Assembly (NCBI GenBank): GCA_965205605.1
Contig: CBDBHE010000007.1
Location: 678,917-742,916, forward strand
DNA: 64,000 nucleotides
Source of the DNA: Spirochaetota bacterium
GTDB taxonomy: Bacteria > Spirochaetota > UBA12135 > COTS27 > CBDBHE01
Direction of reading: 5' to 3'
Shown in pieces: positions 40,194 through 50,184 of this stretch (position 1 is its first letter; every line of letters starts with the position of its first letter). The position numbers and the translations under genes are program-made. Under the pieces are notes generated by a model, which was not told the origin of the DNA, did no database searches, and worked only from the letters and a program-made list of their open reading frames with translations.

Positions 40194-40750
40194 TTCGAAT
40201 CTCTTCAGGTGTTCTTAAAGGGAGAGTTTTAAAAAATAAAGGGTTTGGTTCTATTAGACCGACGACGTCTTTAGTGAGAGAGAGCCTTTTTAATATTTTA
40301 GGCACTAAGGTTAAAAATAGTTGTTTTTTAGATGTCTTTGCAGGGAGTGGAGCCGTTGGCTTTGAAGCCTTTTCTAGAGGGGCCAAGCAAGTATTTTTTA
40401 TTGAAAAAAATTTTAAACTTTGCAACTTAATCAAACAACACGCTAATTTTTGGAATGTCTTCACGACTATTTTATGTGGTCATTATCGAAAAAATTTATC
40501 TTTTCTTCATAAAATGAAACAACGTTTTGATATTATTTTTTTAGATCCTCCTTATTTTTTTAATCATTATTTACATTTAATGAATTGTCTTTTAAAAAAT
40601 TCTCTTTTTAAAAAAAATAGTTTAGTGGTTATTGAAACCCATAAAAAAACAGAAGATTTCTTTTTAGAAAGCAATGAAAATTGTTTTGAAAAAATAAAAG
40701 ATGTTTCTCATGGGTTAAGTCACTTAGTTTTTTATCAATTTCAAAATTAA
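40190..40750 (+). CDS. rsmD: 16S rRNA m2G966 methyltransferase
   Basis: IRPTTSLVRESLFN, DVFAGSG, FLDPPY. Confidence 0.92.
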   Translation: MIRISSGVLKGRVLKNKGFGSIRPTTSLVRESLFNILGTKVKNSCFLDVFAGSGAVGFEAFSRGAKQVFFIEKNFKLCNLIKQHANFWNVFTTILCGHYRKNLSFLHKMKQRFDIIFLDPPYFFNHYLHLMNCLLKNSLFKKNSLVVIETHKKTEDFFLESNENCFEKIKDVSHGLSHLVFYQFQN

Positions 40751-40778
40751 CGTATTTGTATTCAATTTAACTATTTTC

Positions 40779-41498
40779 GTGATTATTAAAACAGAAGGTA
40801 TTCTTTTAAAAAAAAAATCTTATCGAGAAAAAAATGAAATTATTATTTTTTTTACTGAAAAATTGGGTAAAATTAGTTGTTTTTCTTATGGTTCTAAATC
40901 AATTAAGTCTTTAAGAAGAGTGATTCTTTCTCGTTTTAATTGGGTAGAAATTGAATTAGAACATAAAAGAAATGCTTATATTTTAAAAGGCTTAACAGAA
41001 AAAAAAATTAATTTGTTAACAAAAAAAGTATCTGATTTTTTATTTTTATCACATATTTTAAAAATCATTGATTGTAAAGTTCCTTATGAAAGTAAAGAAA
41101 ACGATTTTTATCAATTTCTTCAAGTTATCAATCATCAAAAAATTGTTAAAAAATCTTTATTGTTTAAGGAGTTTATTTTTTTGTTTTCTTTTCTTTATTT
41201 TTTAGGAGTTTTTCCTGTTTTTAATGGAAATGAAGAGGCTTTTAGTAAAGAAAAAGATCGTTTTATTTATAATATAGAAAATCAAGAGTATGTATTTTTT
41301 TCTTTGAAACAAGATCAATCGTTACCAGTGTTTAAATTTAAATCGTTGGAATTTCTTAATTTTTTTTGTAAGCATTTTTCAAATCAACTTTCTTTTTATT
41401 TATCGATATATAATTTTCTATATAAAAATGAGCTTTATAAAGAAATAGAAATTAAAAAAATGGTTTTAATGGGCAAACGTTTAATTGATAATCGTTAA
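40779..41498 (+). CDS. recO: DNA repair protein RecO (divergent)
   Basis: KTEGILLKKKSYRE...FTEKLGKI...YGSKS N-terminal OB fold. Confidence 0.78.
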   Translation: MIIKTEGILLKKKSYREKNEIIIFFTEKLGKISCFSYGSKSIKSLRRVILSRFNWVEIELEHKRNAYILKGLTEKKINLLTKKVSDFLFLSHILKIIDCKVPYESKENDFYQFLQVINHQKIVKKSLLFKEFIFLFSFLYFLGVFPVFNGNEEAFSKEKDRFIYNIENQEYVFFSLKQDQSLPVFKFKSLEFLNFFCKHFSNQLSFYLSIYNFLYKNELYKEIEIKKMVLMGKRLIDNR

Positions 41499-41541
41499 TT
41501 TTTTAATGAGATTTTTTAAGGAAAAAATGATTTATTTTTAA

Positions 41542-42846
41542 TTGTCAAATATGGATCTTATTTCAAATTCACCGCTTTCTTTTTTAATTATTTCTTTTGT
41601 TTTTTTTGCTCTTTTTTCTGCTTTTTTTTCAGGAGTAGAAGCAGCATATCTTTCTTTAAATCGTATTATTGCCAATCGTCTTGAGAGAAAGGGGTTTATT
41701 TTTGCTTTTTTAGTGGGCCAGTATTTTAAAAATATTGATTTTTTTATTATTTCTGTTTTATTTTTTAATCTTTTTAATAATATTCTTGCAGCTCTTTTTG
41801 CCAAAATTATTTTTGAAAGGACAGCTCCACATCTTTTTGAAAACATTTATTTAAATCAAACTTTTCTTTGGGTTTTGTTTATTATAGTTTTTACTTTTTT
41901 CTTTATTGTTTTTTGTGAAGTGATACCAAAGCGAATTTCTATTTATTATGCAGAAAAAGTAGTTATTTTAGGAGCTTTACCGATGTTTCCGATTTATATT
42001 TTAACGTATCCATTGGCTTATTTATTAAGTCGTTTTGCTCAAAAATTTATTCATACTTTGATGGGTTCTAAAGATGAAGAAGAACAAAAATTTTTTGCTA
42101 GAGATCAATTTCTCGGTTATATCAAGTTGGGCTCAGATACAGGATTTTTAAAGAAACTAGAAACGAATATGCTTGAAAGCTTGGTTATGAATAAAAACAT
42201 TTCTGTTAAATCGCTTTTAATCCCAAGGCAAGAAATGAAGGCTTTTAATTTAAAAGAACTTTCTGAAAATTTACTCAAACAAATCAAGTCTTTTGAATAT
42301 AACACGATTCCCGTTTATGAAGGAGTGAAAGATAATATTATTGGCATTCTTTCCAAAAGAAAATTGGCTTTAAAAAATGATCTTGAAAACATTTCGCATA
42401 AGACTTTTAAAAAATATTTAGAAATTCCTAAATTAGTGCCTGAATCAACAATGATCATTGATGTGCTTTCACGAATGAATGAAGACAATAGTGAGCTTGC
42501 TATTATTACCGATGAGCATGGAGGAGTGGAAGGGATTGTAACTTATGTTGATATTATTAATAAGCTTTTTGGGAAAAACAAAAATGGTGATGAAGAGCTT
42601 AGTATTAGGAAATTGGGGCTCAGTCATTATTTGATCAATCCTCAAGTTTCACTCAATACTATTAATGAATATTTTAAAGTTCGTGTTAAATGTGATCGAG
42701 CAGAAACGATTGGGGGGTATGTGCTTGAATTAGTAGGGGAGATCCCAAAAGTAGGAACAGTGGTTAAAGATAAGCGTTTTGAGATTATTGTAAGAGAAGC
42801 TTCTAAAAAAAGAATCAAAAAATTATTACTTCGAAAAATTTATTAA
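41542..42846 (+). CDS. Hemolysin/CNNM family (DUF21-CBS-CorC) Mg transporter-like protein
   Basis: FFSGVEAA, EVIPK, IPVYE, DEHGGVEGIVT, TIGGYV. Confidence 0.88.
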   Translation: MSNMDLISNSPLSFLIISFVFFALFSAFFSGVEAAYLSLNRIIANRLERKGFIFAFLVGQYFKNIDFFIISVLFFNLFNNILAALFAKIIFERTAPHLFENIYLNQTFLWVLFIIVFTFFFIVFCEVIPKRISIYYAEKVVILGALPMFPIYILTYPLAYLLSRFAQKFIHTLMGSKDEEEQKFFARDQFLGYIKLGSDTGFLKKLETNMLESLVMNKNISVKSLLIPRQEMKAFNLKELSENLLKQIKSFEYNTIPVYEGVKDNIIGILSKRKLALKNDLENISHKTFKKYLEIPKLVPESTMIIDVLSRMNEDNSELAIITDEHGGVEGIVTYVDIINKLFGKNKNGDEELSIRKLGLSHYLINPQVSLNTINEYFKVRVKCDRAETIGGYVLELVGEIPKVGTVVKDKRFEIIVREASKKRIKKLLLRKIY

Positions 42847-42848
42847 TC

Positions 42849-44093
42849 ATGACTTTAATTTTAGTTTTAATTTTTATTTATTTTTTTATTCTGCTTTTAT
42901 CTTTTTATTTTTCAGGGAATGAAGCTGGCTTTATTTCACTGAATCAAGAAAAATATCAATTAGATATTAAAAATCATCATAAAAAAGCTTCTTTGATTAA
43001 GCCTTTTGTGGATAATTTGGATATTGTTTTAGGGGTGACGTTACTAGGAAATAATTTAGCGAATATTTGTGCGACTTATATAGGTGAGCGTCTTTGGTTT
43101 GAACTGACAAAAGGAAGTTCTATTTTAATTTTTACAGTTTTATCAGCAACTTTATTTTTAGTGATTGCTGAAGTGCTTCCTAAGATTCTTTTTAAAAAAT
43201 ATGCCAACCAAATTTTATACCAATTAGGAAGTATTCTATTTTTTTTTGCAATTTTTTTTAGACCTTTTGTGTTTTTAATTACTAGTTTGAGCTCTTTTTT
43301 AATTAAGCCTCTGATTTCTTTTAAAAAAGAAAAAAAACTTTCAAAAGAAGACTTTAATGACCTTTTAGATGATATTGTTGAAGAGGGTCTGATAGAAAAA
43401 AAAGAAAAACATTTTTTAAATACGCTTTCTTCTTTGTCAAAAACAAAGGTTTCTGAAATCATGACACCTTTAGTGGATCTTTATTTTATTAATAAATCCC
43501 AAGATATTTCACAAGTCGTTGATGAAATCTTTAAAGAAAACAGAGACCTTATCCCCGTTTACGAAGAGCGAATTGATAATATTGTGGGACTTGTGAGTGC
43601 GATTGATATTTTTAATGCTTCAAAGAGGAGAAAAATTGGAAAAGACTTTATGAAAGAAGCTGTTTATTTTCCTGAAATTAATACTTTAGATAAACTGTAT
43701 ACTCTTTTTTTTAAAAACTTTATTAAATCAGTTGTTGTTGTTGATGAATATGGTGGTTGTACAGGCTTGGTGACGGAGAAGGATGTGATTGATTATATTT
43801 TTGGGTTCCGTAATAAAAATAAAGATCAAAAGTTTTATAGAGAAAGACTGATAAAAGAAATAGCTCCTTTGGTTTATGAAATTAGTACGGTGTGTGATAT
43901 TGAATATTTTAATCAATTTTTTGGTTTGCATATCCCTAAAAAAGATTATAAAACTGTGGGAGGTTATGTTAATGATGTGTTTGGGTATTTGCCAAAAGAA
44001 GGCGAAAATAAAAAAACAAAATTTTTTATGATTCATATTTTGAAATCTGAAAAAACGAGTGTTAAAAAAATTAAGATTCAATTTTTGAAATAA
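42849..44093 (+). CDS. Hemolysin/CNNM family (DUF21-CBS-CorC) protein, tandem paralogue
   Basis: FSGNEAG, LLGNNLAN, EVLPK, IPVYE, DEYGGCTG, TVGGYV. Confidence 0.88.
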   Translation: MTLILVLIFIYFFILLLSFYFSGNEAGFISLNQEKYQLDIKNHHKKASLIKPFVDNLDIVLGVTLLGNNLANICATYIGERLWFELTKGSSILIFTVLSATLFLVIAEVLPKILFKKYANQILYQLGSILFFFAIFFRPFVFLITSLSSFLIKPLISFKKEKKLSKEDFNDLLDDIVEEGLIEKKEKHFLNTLSSLSKTKVSEIMTPLVDLYFINKSQDISQVVDEIFKENRDLIPVYEERIDNIVGLVSAIDIFNASKRRKIGKDFMKEAVYFPEINTLDKLYTLFFKNFIKSVVVVDEYGGCTGLVTEKDVIDYIFGFRNKNKDQKFYRERLIKEIAPLVYEISTVCDIEYFNQFFGLHIPKKDYKTVGGYVNDVFGYLPKEGENKKTKFFMIHILKSEKTSVKKIKIQFLK

Positions 44094-44127
44094 AAATTAA
44101 GTTTTAAATAATAGCTAAAATTAAACC

Positions 44128-45774
44128 ATGATAAAAAAAAAATGGGGCAAAAGAAAAACTAAAAAGGCTTCAAATCGATTTTTTTTAACGCCTTCAAAAA
44201 GTAAAAAAAAAACCTTTAATTCTCTTTATCTTCAAGATCAATTTGTGTATGAAAAAGACGAAAAAAAAGATTTTGAAATCTTACTAAGTCGTTTTGCTTA
44301 CCCTAAAGACATGGCTTTGAAAGTCAAAAAAGAAGCAGAAACTCTTTTTAAAAATGCTAAAACAGATCTTATTAAAGATCATCTTGCTCATCGAAGAGAT
44401 TTCACAAAAGATTTTGTTATTACAATTGATGGGGAAGATGCCAAAGATTTTGATGATGCTGTTTTTATAAAAAAAACAAAAAATGGATTTGATTTACATG
44501 TGCACATTGCAGATGTTTCTTTTTATGTAAAAGAAGAAACTCTCCTTGATAAGGAAGCTCAAAAACGAGCGACTTCTGTTTATTTGATGACACAAGTTTT
44601 ACCGATGCTTCCTTTTATTCTTTCTAATCATTTATGCTCACTTGTTGAAGGAGAAAAAAGACTTACTTTTTCGTGTTTAATGAAAATTGATTGGGAAGGA
44701 AATATCAAACATAATGAGTTTGTTTCTTCGGTGATTGAAAATAAAAGACGGTGTACGTATCAAGAAGTCGATCAAGTTTTAGAAAACAAACTTGATTTAG
44801 GAAAAAGCTTAAATCAGCAAATTCATTTAATGAAAGAACTACAAATCATTTTAACTCAAAAAAGAATTGAAGAAGGTTCGGTTTTCTTTCAAAAAAAAGA
44901 AATGGGTTTTTTGATGCAACAAGAAAAAATAAAATCTCTTTTTTTAAAACCAGACTTGACCTCTGAAAGAATGATTGAAGAGTTTATGTTGTTAGCTAAT
45001 CAATGTGCTGCTAACTTTATTGAAAAAAATAAACATGGTCTTTATCGAGTGCATGAAGAGCCTGACCAGGAAAAAATAGCCGCTTTTAAAACGTTGGTTT
45101 GTTTGAAAAAATATTCTTTTCCAAAAAAAGGAGTGATTAATCCTTTGATTAAGAAAGGTAAAAATAAATATCAAATGTTTTTAGAATCCGTTCAAAATCA
45201 TTTTCATAAAAATCTTTTTTCTTATTTATTATTGATTTCCATGAAGCAAGCTCGTTATGAAACTAAAAATAAAGGACATTATGGATTAGGATTTAAAGCG
45301 TATTGTCATTTTACTTCCCCGATTAGACGTTACCCTGATTTAGTGGTTCACCGGCTGATTAAAGCTTCTTTAAATCAAAAGAAAAAACCTTATTCTTCTT
45401 TGGAGCTTGAAAAAATAGCTAATTTTTCTTCTTTTCAAGAAAGAAAAGCCGAACAAGCAGAAAGAGAGTATAAGAAATTAAAATGCCTTCGTTATTTAGA
45501 AAATTGTGAAGAAGGGATTATTTTTAAATGTGGCATTGTAAGAATTTTTGAAAAAGGCTTGATTGTTGAAGACCTTCAAACAGGGATTCAAGGAATGGTT
45601 AGTCATTCTCTTTTTAATAGAGAACTTTTTTTTGATCCTTCGTTACTTGTGCTTAAAAACAGAAAAGGAAAAATAATTTTTGAAATTGGAAATGAGGTAA
45701 AAGTTGTTTTAAAATCACTTAATTTCAAACGGATGTTTGTTGATTTTAAATTTTTAGACGGTTTGGATGAATAA
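44128..45774 (+). CDS. rnr: RNase R/II family exoribonuclease (RNB + S1, short N-terminus)
   Basis: TIDGEDAKDFDDA, HIADVS, IEEFMLLAN, HFTSPIRRYPDL. Confidence 0.9.
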   Translation: MIKKKWGKRKTKKASNRFFLTPSKSKKKTFNSLYLQDQFVYEKDEKKDFEILLSRFAYPKDMALKVKKEAETLFKNAKTDLIKDHLAHRRDFTKDFVITIDGEDAKDFDDAVFIKKTKNGFDLHVHIADVSFYVKEETLLDKEAQKRATSVYLMTQVLPMLPFILSNHLCSLVEGEKRLTFSCLMKIDWEGNIKHNEFVSSVIENKRRCTYQEVDQVLENKLDLGKSLNQQIHLMKELQIILTQKRIEEGSVFFQKKEMGFLMQQEKIKSLFLKPDLTSERMIEEFMLLANQCAANFIEKNKHGLYRVHEEPDQEKIAAFKTLVCLKKYSFPKKGVINPLIKKGKNKYQMFLESVQNHFHKNLFSYLLLISMKQARYETKNKGHYGLGFKAYCHFTSPIRRYPDLVVHRLIKASLNQKKKPYSSLELEKIANFSSFQERKAEQAEREYKKLKCLRYLENCEEGIIFKCGIVRIFEKGLIVEDLQTGIQGMVSHSLFNRELFFDPSLLVLKNRKGKIIFEIGNEVKVVLKSLNFKRMFVDFKFLDGLDE

Positions 45775-46888
45775 AACGTTGTGGATTAATGTATTTATTT
45801 TTATTTTTAATTTCAAAATGAAGATGAGGAGCAGTTGCGATTCCTGTTTCACCCACTTCACCAATAGCCTCTCCTTGTTTAACCATTTGACCTTTTTTTA
45901 CATATAGCTTACTTAGGTGAGAGTAAACGGTGGTGTAATTAAAATCGTGTTTAATTTCTATGTAATTTCCATACCCCCCTTTAGTGCCACTATAAACAAC
46001 TTTTCCAGCAGAAGCTGCTTTGACTTTAGCCCCTTGTTGACTTGCGATATCGATGCCGGTATGAAAAAGGAATATTTTTTTAATAGGATGTTTTCGCATA
46101 CCATACCGGGAGCTAATAATTCCCGCAAGAGGTTTAATAAAAAGCCCTCCAAAGAGTTGGTTTCTTTTTGTTTGACTAAATTTGGCCTTGTTTAAAAATA
46201 GAAGGGAGTTTTTTTGAAGTTTTTTTCCTTTTATTTGATTGAATTTTTTTATTTCTGCAATTTTAATTTTATATTTTTTAGAAATGCGGACTAAAGTATC
46301 GTCTTTTTTTATTTTATAAAAAAGACCTTCATAAAAAGGGATTTTTAAGATTTGATTTATTTTTAACATGTAAATAGACTGAATATTATTTGCACTAATA
46401 ATCGAATCAATACTGATTTTTTTCTTTTTGGCAATTAACCAAAGAGAATCTCCTTTTTTGACTTTGTAGGTTGAGAAGTTTCTAACTTTTTGATGAAGGG
46501 GAATCATTTTTTTTTTATAAGGTATCTTTTTTTGGGTTTCAATTTTTTTAATACCAATCGTTTGCTCTTCTTCAGTAATAAACTCAGCGATATCATCTAA
46601 AAGAATGTATTTGTGTTCTACTTCTAGGTTTTTAATTTTTGTAGGAATGTTTTTGTTTGAATAGATGATTGAATTGTTTAGTTGGGTGTTATTGGAGTTG
46701 GTGGTAGTTGTCAAAGAAGTGTTGAATTCATCTTTGTTTGGAGTTTTAGGAGTGGTTGTAAAGACGGGATTAAAATAAAAAAAAGAAGAAAATAAAAATA
46801 AGGTAATGGGAAGTAGGTAAATTTTTTTTTTTTTTTCTGAAGAAGAGGAAGTATGTCTTGATAAGAAATAATTTCGATAAGATTGCAA
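45746..46888 (-). CDS. LysM-M23 family peptidoglycan endopeptidase
   Basis: Two LysM domains (YKVKKGDSL, YKIKKDDTL); HTGID and PHLHFE. Confidence 0.92.
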   Translation of the reverse strand: MQSYRNYFLSRHTSSSSEKKKKIYLLPITLFLFSSFFYFNPVFTTTPKTPNKDEFNTSLTTTTNSNNTQLNNSIIYSNKNIPTKIKNLEVEHKYILLDDIAEFITEEEQTIGIKKIETQKKIPYKKKMIPLHQKVRNFSTYKVKKGDSLWLIAKKKKISIDSIISANNIQSIYMLKINQILKIPFYEGLFYKIKKDDTLVRISKKYKIKIAEIKKFNQIKGKKLQKNSLLFLNKAKFSQTKRNQLFGGLFIKPLAGIISSRYGMRKHPIKKIFLFHTGIDIASQQGAKVKAASAGKVVYSGTKGGYGNYIEIKHDFNYTTVYSHLSKLYVKKGQMVKQGEAIGEVGETGIATAPHLHFEIKNKNKYINPQRFIHPNRLKI

Positions 46889-46970
46889 AAGAAAATACCG
46901 ATGGTCTTTTTTATTTAAAGAATCGGTCTAATTTTTTAAAAGAAAAGATTTATTTAAAAATAAAAAAACT

Positions 46971-47372
46971 TTAAGGTTTTTTTTCAGAAGTTTTTTTTGA
47001 TTTTTGAATCAATTTTTTTTTAGGAGTTTTGGGTTTTGTTTTTTCAATATTTTTTTTAAGAATTTTTTCTTCTGAATCGATTTTATTTTTTAAAAATTCG
47101 ATATCTTTGAATACTTTTTGAATATTTTTTGAATATTCATTTATTTTTTGAGGGTTAAGTTCTTGGAAAATTGATTCACCAAAGAGTTTGTATTGATGGT
47201 TAAGCTTATTGATAAGGATTTGAATATCTACTTTTTGAATGCTAATTTTGCCGTATTGATTGGCTTTATTTTGAATAATTTTTGCATATTTTGGAGTATT
47301 TTTTTTAATTGTTTTAGAAACACTTTTAATAAATTTACTGGTTTCTTCATAAAATTTCTCTAAAGCCATCAA
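46971..47372 (-). CDS. Hypothetical basic coiled-coil protein
   Basis: 133-aa ORF with AAGGA upstream; Lys-rich tail. Confidence 0.55.
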   Translation of the reverse strand: MMALEKFYEETSKFIKSVSKTIKKNTPKYAKIIQNKANQYGKISIQKVDIQILINKLNHQYKLFGESIFQELNPQKINEYSKNIQKVFKDIEFLKNKIDSEEKILKKNIEKTKPKTPKKKLIQKSKKTSEKKP

Positions 47373-47490
47373 TCAATTCCTTAAAAAAAATGCATATTTA
47401 GATTATCCTATAAAACAGATTATAAAACAAATTATAAAAATAAATTAAATTTTATTGAACAATTTTTTATTATAAAGGTATAATTAGTCT

Positions 47491-49854
47491 ATGAGTAGGT
47501 ATTTATTATCATTTATTTTGCTATTTTTATTAGCTTTTTTTGAAGGGCCGATTTTTGCTAAGGTAGTGGTAAGTAAAATCGATGTTATCCCCGTCCCTAA
47601 GAGTGTTAAGATGCTCAAAAATGGGGGTTATAAAATAACAGCTTCAACTAAAATTATTGTTTCTGAAAAAACATATAATGTCGGGAAATACTTGGCTCAA
47701 CTGCTTAGACCAGCGACAGGTTTTAAGCTCAAAATTGTCAAGGAAAGCAAAAAGTATTTTAAGAAGGGTGGCTATGAGAATGAGAATGCAATCGTTTTGA
47801 TAACGGAAGCAAAATCCAAAAAGTATACCAAAGAAGGTTATTTTTTTAGGAGTGATGAGCGAGGTGTTGTGATTCGTGCTCGTACCACTCGAGGTGTTTT
47901 TTACGGTTGTCAAACACTTCGTCACTTACTGCCTGGGGCAATTGAAAGTAAAATTAAGGTCGATGGGGTCAGATGGGACGTTCCTGCAACGGAGATTAAC
48001 GATAAGCCTCGTTTTAGTTATCGAGGGATGCACCTTGATGTGGGTCGCCACTTTATGAAGACTGAAGAAATCAAAAAATACATTGATCATCTCGCAATGT
48101 ACAAGATAAATTATTTTCACTGGCACTTGACAGAAGATCAAGGGTGGCGTATCGAAATTAAAAAATACCCAAAGCTCACTGAGATTTCAGCTTGGCGGGA
48201 TCAAACGATCATTGATGGCAAAACGAAGCGTGATGGTAAAGGCAAAACGAAGTATGATGGTAAACGATACGGTGGTTTTTATACTCAAAAAGAAATTCGT
48301 GATATTGTCGCTTATGCGGGAGAAAGATTTATTACGGTTGTTCCCGAAATCGAATTACCAGGTCATACATCTGCTGTTTTAGCGGCTTATCCAGAGCTTG
48401 GCTGTACGGGTGGCCCTTATGAGGTTCGTCAGAGGTGGGGGATTTCTAGAGATGTTTTTTGTGCTGGCAATGAGAAGGTTTATGATTTTCTTGAAGGCGT
48501 GTTTGAAGAAGTTTTGGAATTGTTTCCAAGTGAATATATTCATCTAGGTGGGGATGAATGCCCTAAAGACAGATGGAAAAAATGCCCTAAATGTCAAAAA
48601 CGTATTAAAGAAAAAAAACTAGGAGATGAAAACCATCTTCAAAGTTATTTTGTTAATCGTATGGGAAGATTCTTAGAGAAAAAAGGGCGTAAGTTTATTG
48701 GTTGGGATGAAATCTTGGAGGGGAAGCTTTCTCCTAGTGCAATAGTTATGAGTTGGCGAGGTGAAAAGGGAGGTATTGAAGCTGCCAGAAGAGGTCATAA
48801 GGTCATCATGACCCCTAGAAACTACTGCTATTTTGATTATTATCAAAGCCTGGATCCCCAAGAGCCTTTGGCACATGGTGGATTTCTTCCTTTTGAAAGG
48901 GTCTACAGCTATAATCCTATTCCAGCAGTGCTTAGTGGTAAAGAAGGCAAGCGTGTTCTTGGTGCTCAGGGAAATGTGTGGACAGAGCATATAAGAGACT
49001 TTAAACATGTTGAGTATATGATCTTTCCTCGTCTTTGCGCGTTAGCCGAAGTCGTTTGGAGCCAACCATCAAATAAAAATTTTTCAGATTTTAACAGACG
49101 CTTGTCAAGTCATATCACTCATTTGAATTATTTGAATGTTAATTATCGTCTTCCCAGTCCTGCTGGATTGAAAAAAAAGTATTTCTTTAGAGACAGTGTC
49201 AAGATTAATATTATTCCCTTCCCAGTTGATGGGGCTGTTCATTATACGATTGATGGGAGTCAGCCTACGAAGGCTTCACCAATTTTTAAAGGCCCCATGA
49301 CCATTAAAAAAAGCATGATTCTTAAAGCTCGTAATGTGACCAAAACGGGTAGAATGAGTATTGCGACTACTAGTAAGTTTAAAAAGTTGGTTATGAAAAA
49401 AGCCTCTAAACTTAAAGATGCTAAACGAGGTTTGAAATTTTCTTATTATGATCAAATTCAAAAAGGGATTCGAGAAGTGCCCAATTTCAGCAAGCTAAAA
49501 GTCAAGCGAGTTGGTGTGCAAGAGGTTTTTAGGTTGCTACCAGAAATAAGATCTAATTTTTTTGCCATCAATTTTGAGGGTTATATCAAAGTCCCGTCTG
49601 ATGGTATTTATACTTTTTATACCAGGAGTGATGATGGTAGTTTGCTTTACATTGGGGATGAGAAAATCGTTGATAACAATGGTTTACATGGGGCTGGTGA
49701 GCTGGTCCCCGGTCAAGTGTTGTTAGAAAAAGGGTTCCATAAAATTAGAGTTGGCTATTTTCAAGCTTCGGGGGGGAAATCCATTAAAGTTGTTTATGAA
49801 GGACCAGAGATCAAGAGACAAACTATTCCCAGCAGCGTTCTTTTTCATAAGTAG
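47491..49854 (+). CDS. Secreted GH20 beta-N-acetylhexosaminidase with Fn3-associated and PA14 domains
   Basis: PRFSYRGMHLDVGRHF, HWHLTEDQGWR, PEIELPGH, HLGGDE, NVWTE, YTIDGSQP, SDDGS. Confidence 0.95.
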   Translation: MSRYLLSFILLFLLAFFEGPIFAKVVVSKIDVIPVPKSVKMLKNGGYKITASTKIIVSEKTYNVGKYLAQLLRPATGFKLKIVKESKKYFKKGGYENENAIVLITEAKSKKYTKEGYFFRSDERGVVIRARTTRGVFYGCQTLRHLLPGAIESKIKVDGVRWDVPATEINDKPRFSYRGMHLDVGRHFMKTEEIKKYIDHLAMYKINYFHWHLTEDQGWRIEIKKYPKLTEISAWRDQTIIDGKTKRDGKGKTKYDGKRYGGFYTQKEIRDIVAYAGERFITVVPEIELPGHTSAVLAAYPELGCTGGPYEVRQRWGISRDVFCAGNEKVYDFLEGVFEEVLELFPSEYIHLGGDECPKDRWKKCPKCQKRIKEKKLGDENHLQSYFVNRMGRFLEKKGRKFIGWDEILEGKLSPSAIVMSWRGEKGGIEAARRGHKVIMTPRNYCYFDYYQSLDPQEPLAHGGFLPFERVYSYNPIPAVLSGKEGKRVLGAQGNVWTEHIRDFKHVEYMIFPRLCALAEVVWSQPSNKNFSDFNRRLSSHITHLNYLNVNYRLPSPAGLKKKYFFRDSVKINIIPFPVDGAVHYTIDGSQPTKASPIFKGPMTIKKSMILKARNVTKTGRMSIATTSKFKKLVMKKASKLKDAKRGLKFSYYDQIQKGIREVPNFSKLKVKRVGVQEVFRLLPEIRSNFFAINFEGYIKVPSDGIYTFYTRSDDGSLLYIGDEKIVDNNGLHGAGELVPGQVLLEKGFHKIRVGYFQASGGKSIKVVYEGPEIKRQTIPSSVLFHK

Positions 49855-49996
49855 AAAAAGAAGCTCAAAAAAATATATAAGAGCGTAAAACTTTTACTGC
49901 CGTTTCTTATCCTTGAATGGTGAATGGTGGCTTTTTTTGATCGTTTAATGAGTTTATAAAATAAATTTGAGTCTAATCAGTGTGTGTATTGTGTTT

Positions 49997-50164
49997 GTTT
50001 TGACTTCCCCTTTTTTTCGGATATGTTATAATATGTGTGGCCGACCGGTCCGTTCCTTCTTTGTTTTGACTTCCCCTTTTTTTCGGATATGTTATAATAT
50101 TTTCCAATCACGTTACCTCCCCCTTTTCGTTTTGACTTCCCCTTTTTTTCGGATATGTTATAAT
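49997..50164 (+). CRISPR. Type II CRISPR array: 3 identical 36-bp repeats (49997-50032, 50063-50098, 50129-50164), two 30-bp spacers; a possible third spacer at 49967-49996
   Basis: Repeat GTTTTGACTTCCCCTTTTTTTCGGATATGTTATAAT; spacers ATGTGTGGCCGACCGGTCCGTTCCTTCTTT and ATTTTCCAATCACGTTACCTCCCCCTTTTC; adjacent to cas2. Confidence 0.96.
50156..50164 (+). promoter_or_regulatory. Extended -10 box TGnTATAAT at the 3' end of each repeat (also 50024-50032, 50090-50098)
   Basis: TGTTATAAT; repeat-internal promoters are established for Neisseria and Campylobacter type II-C arrays. Confidence 0.75.
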
Positions 50165-50184
50165 ACATAAAATTAGTTATACTT

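Noticed and set aside
49898-49940. Possible terminator between the GH20 gene and the array (GCCGTT...GGTGGC-T7)
   Set aside because: The stem relies on several G:U pairs and a long loop; too weak to call
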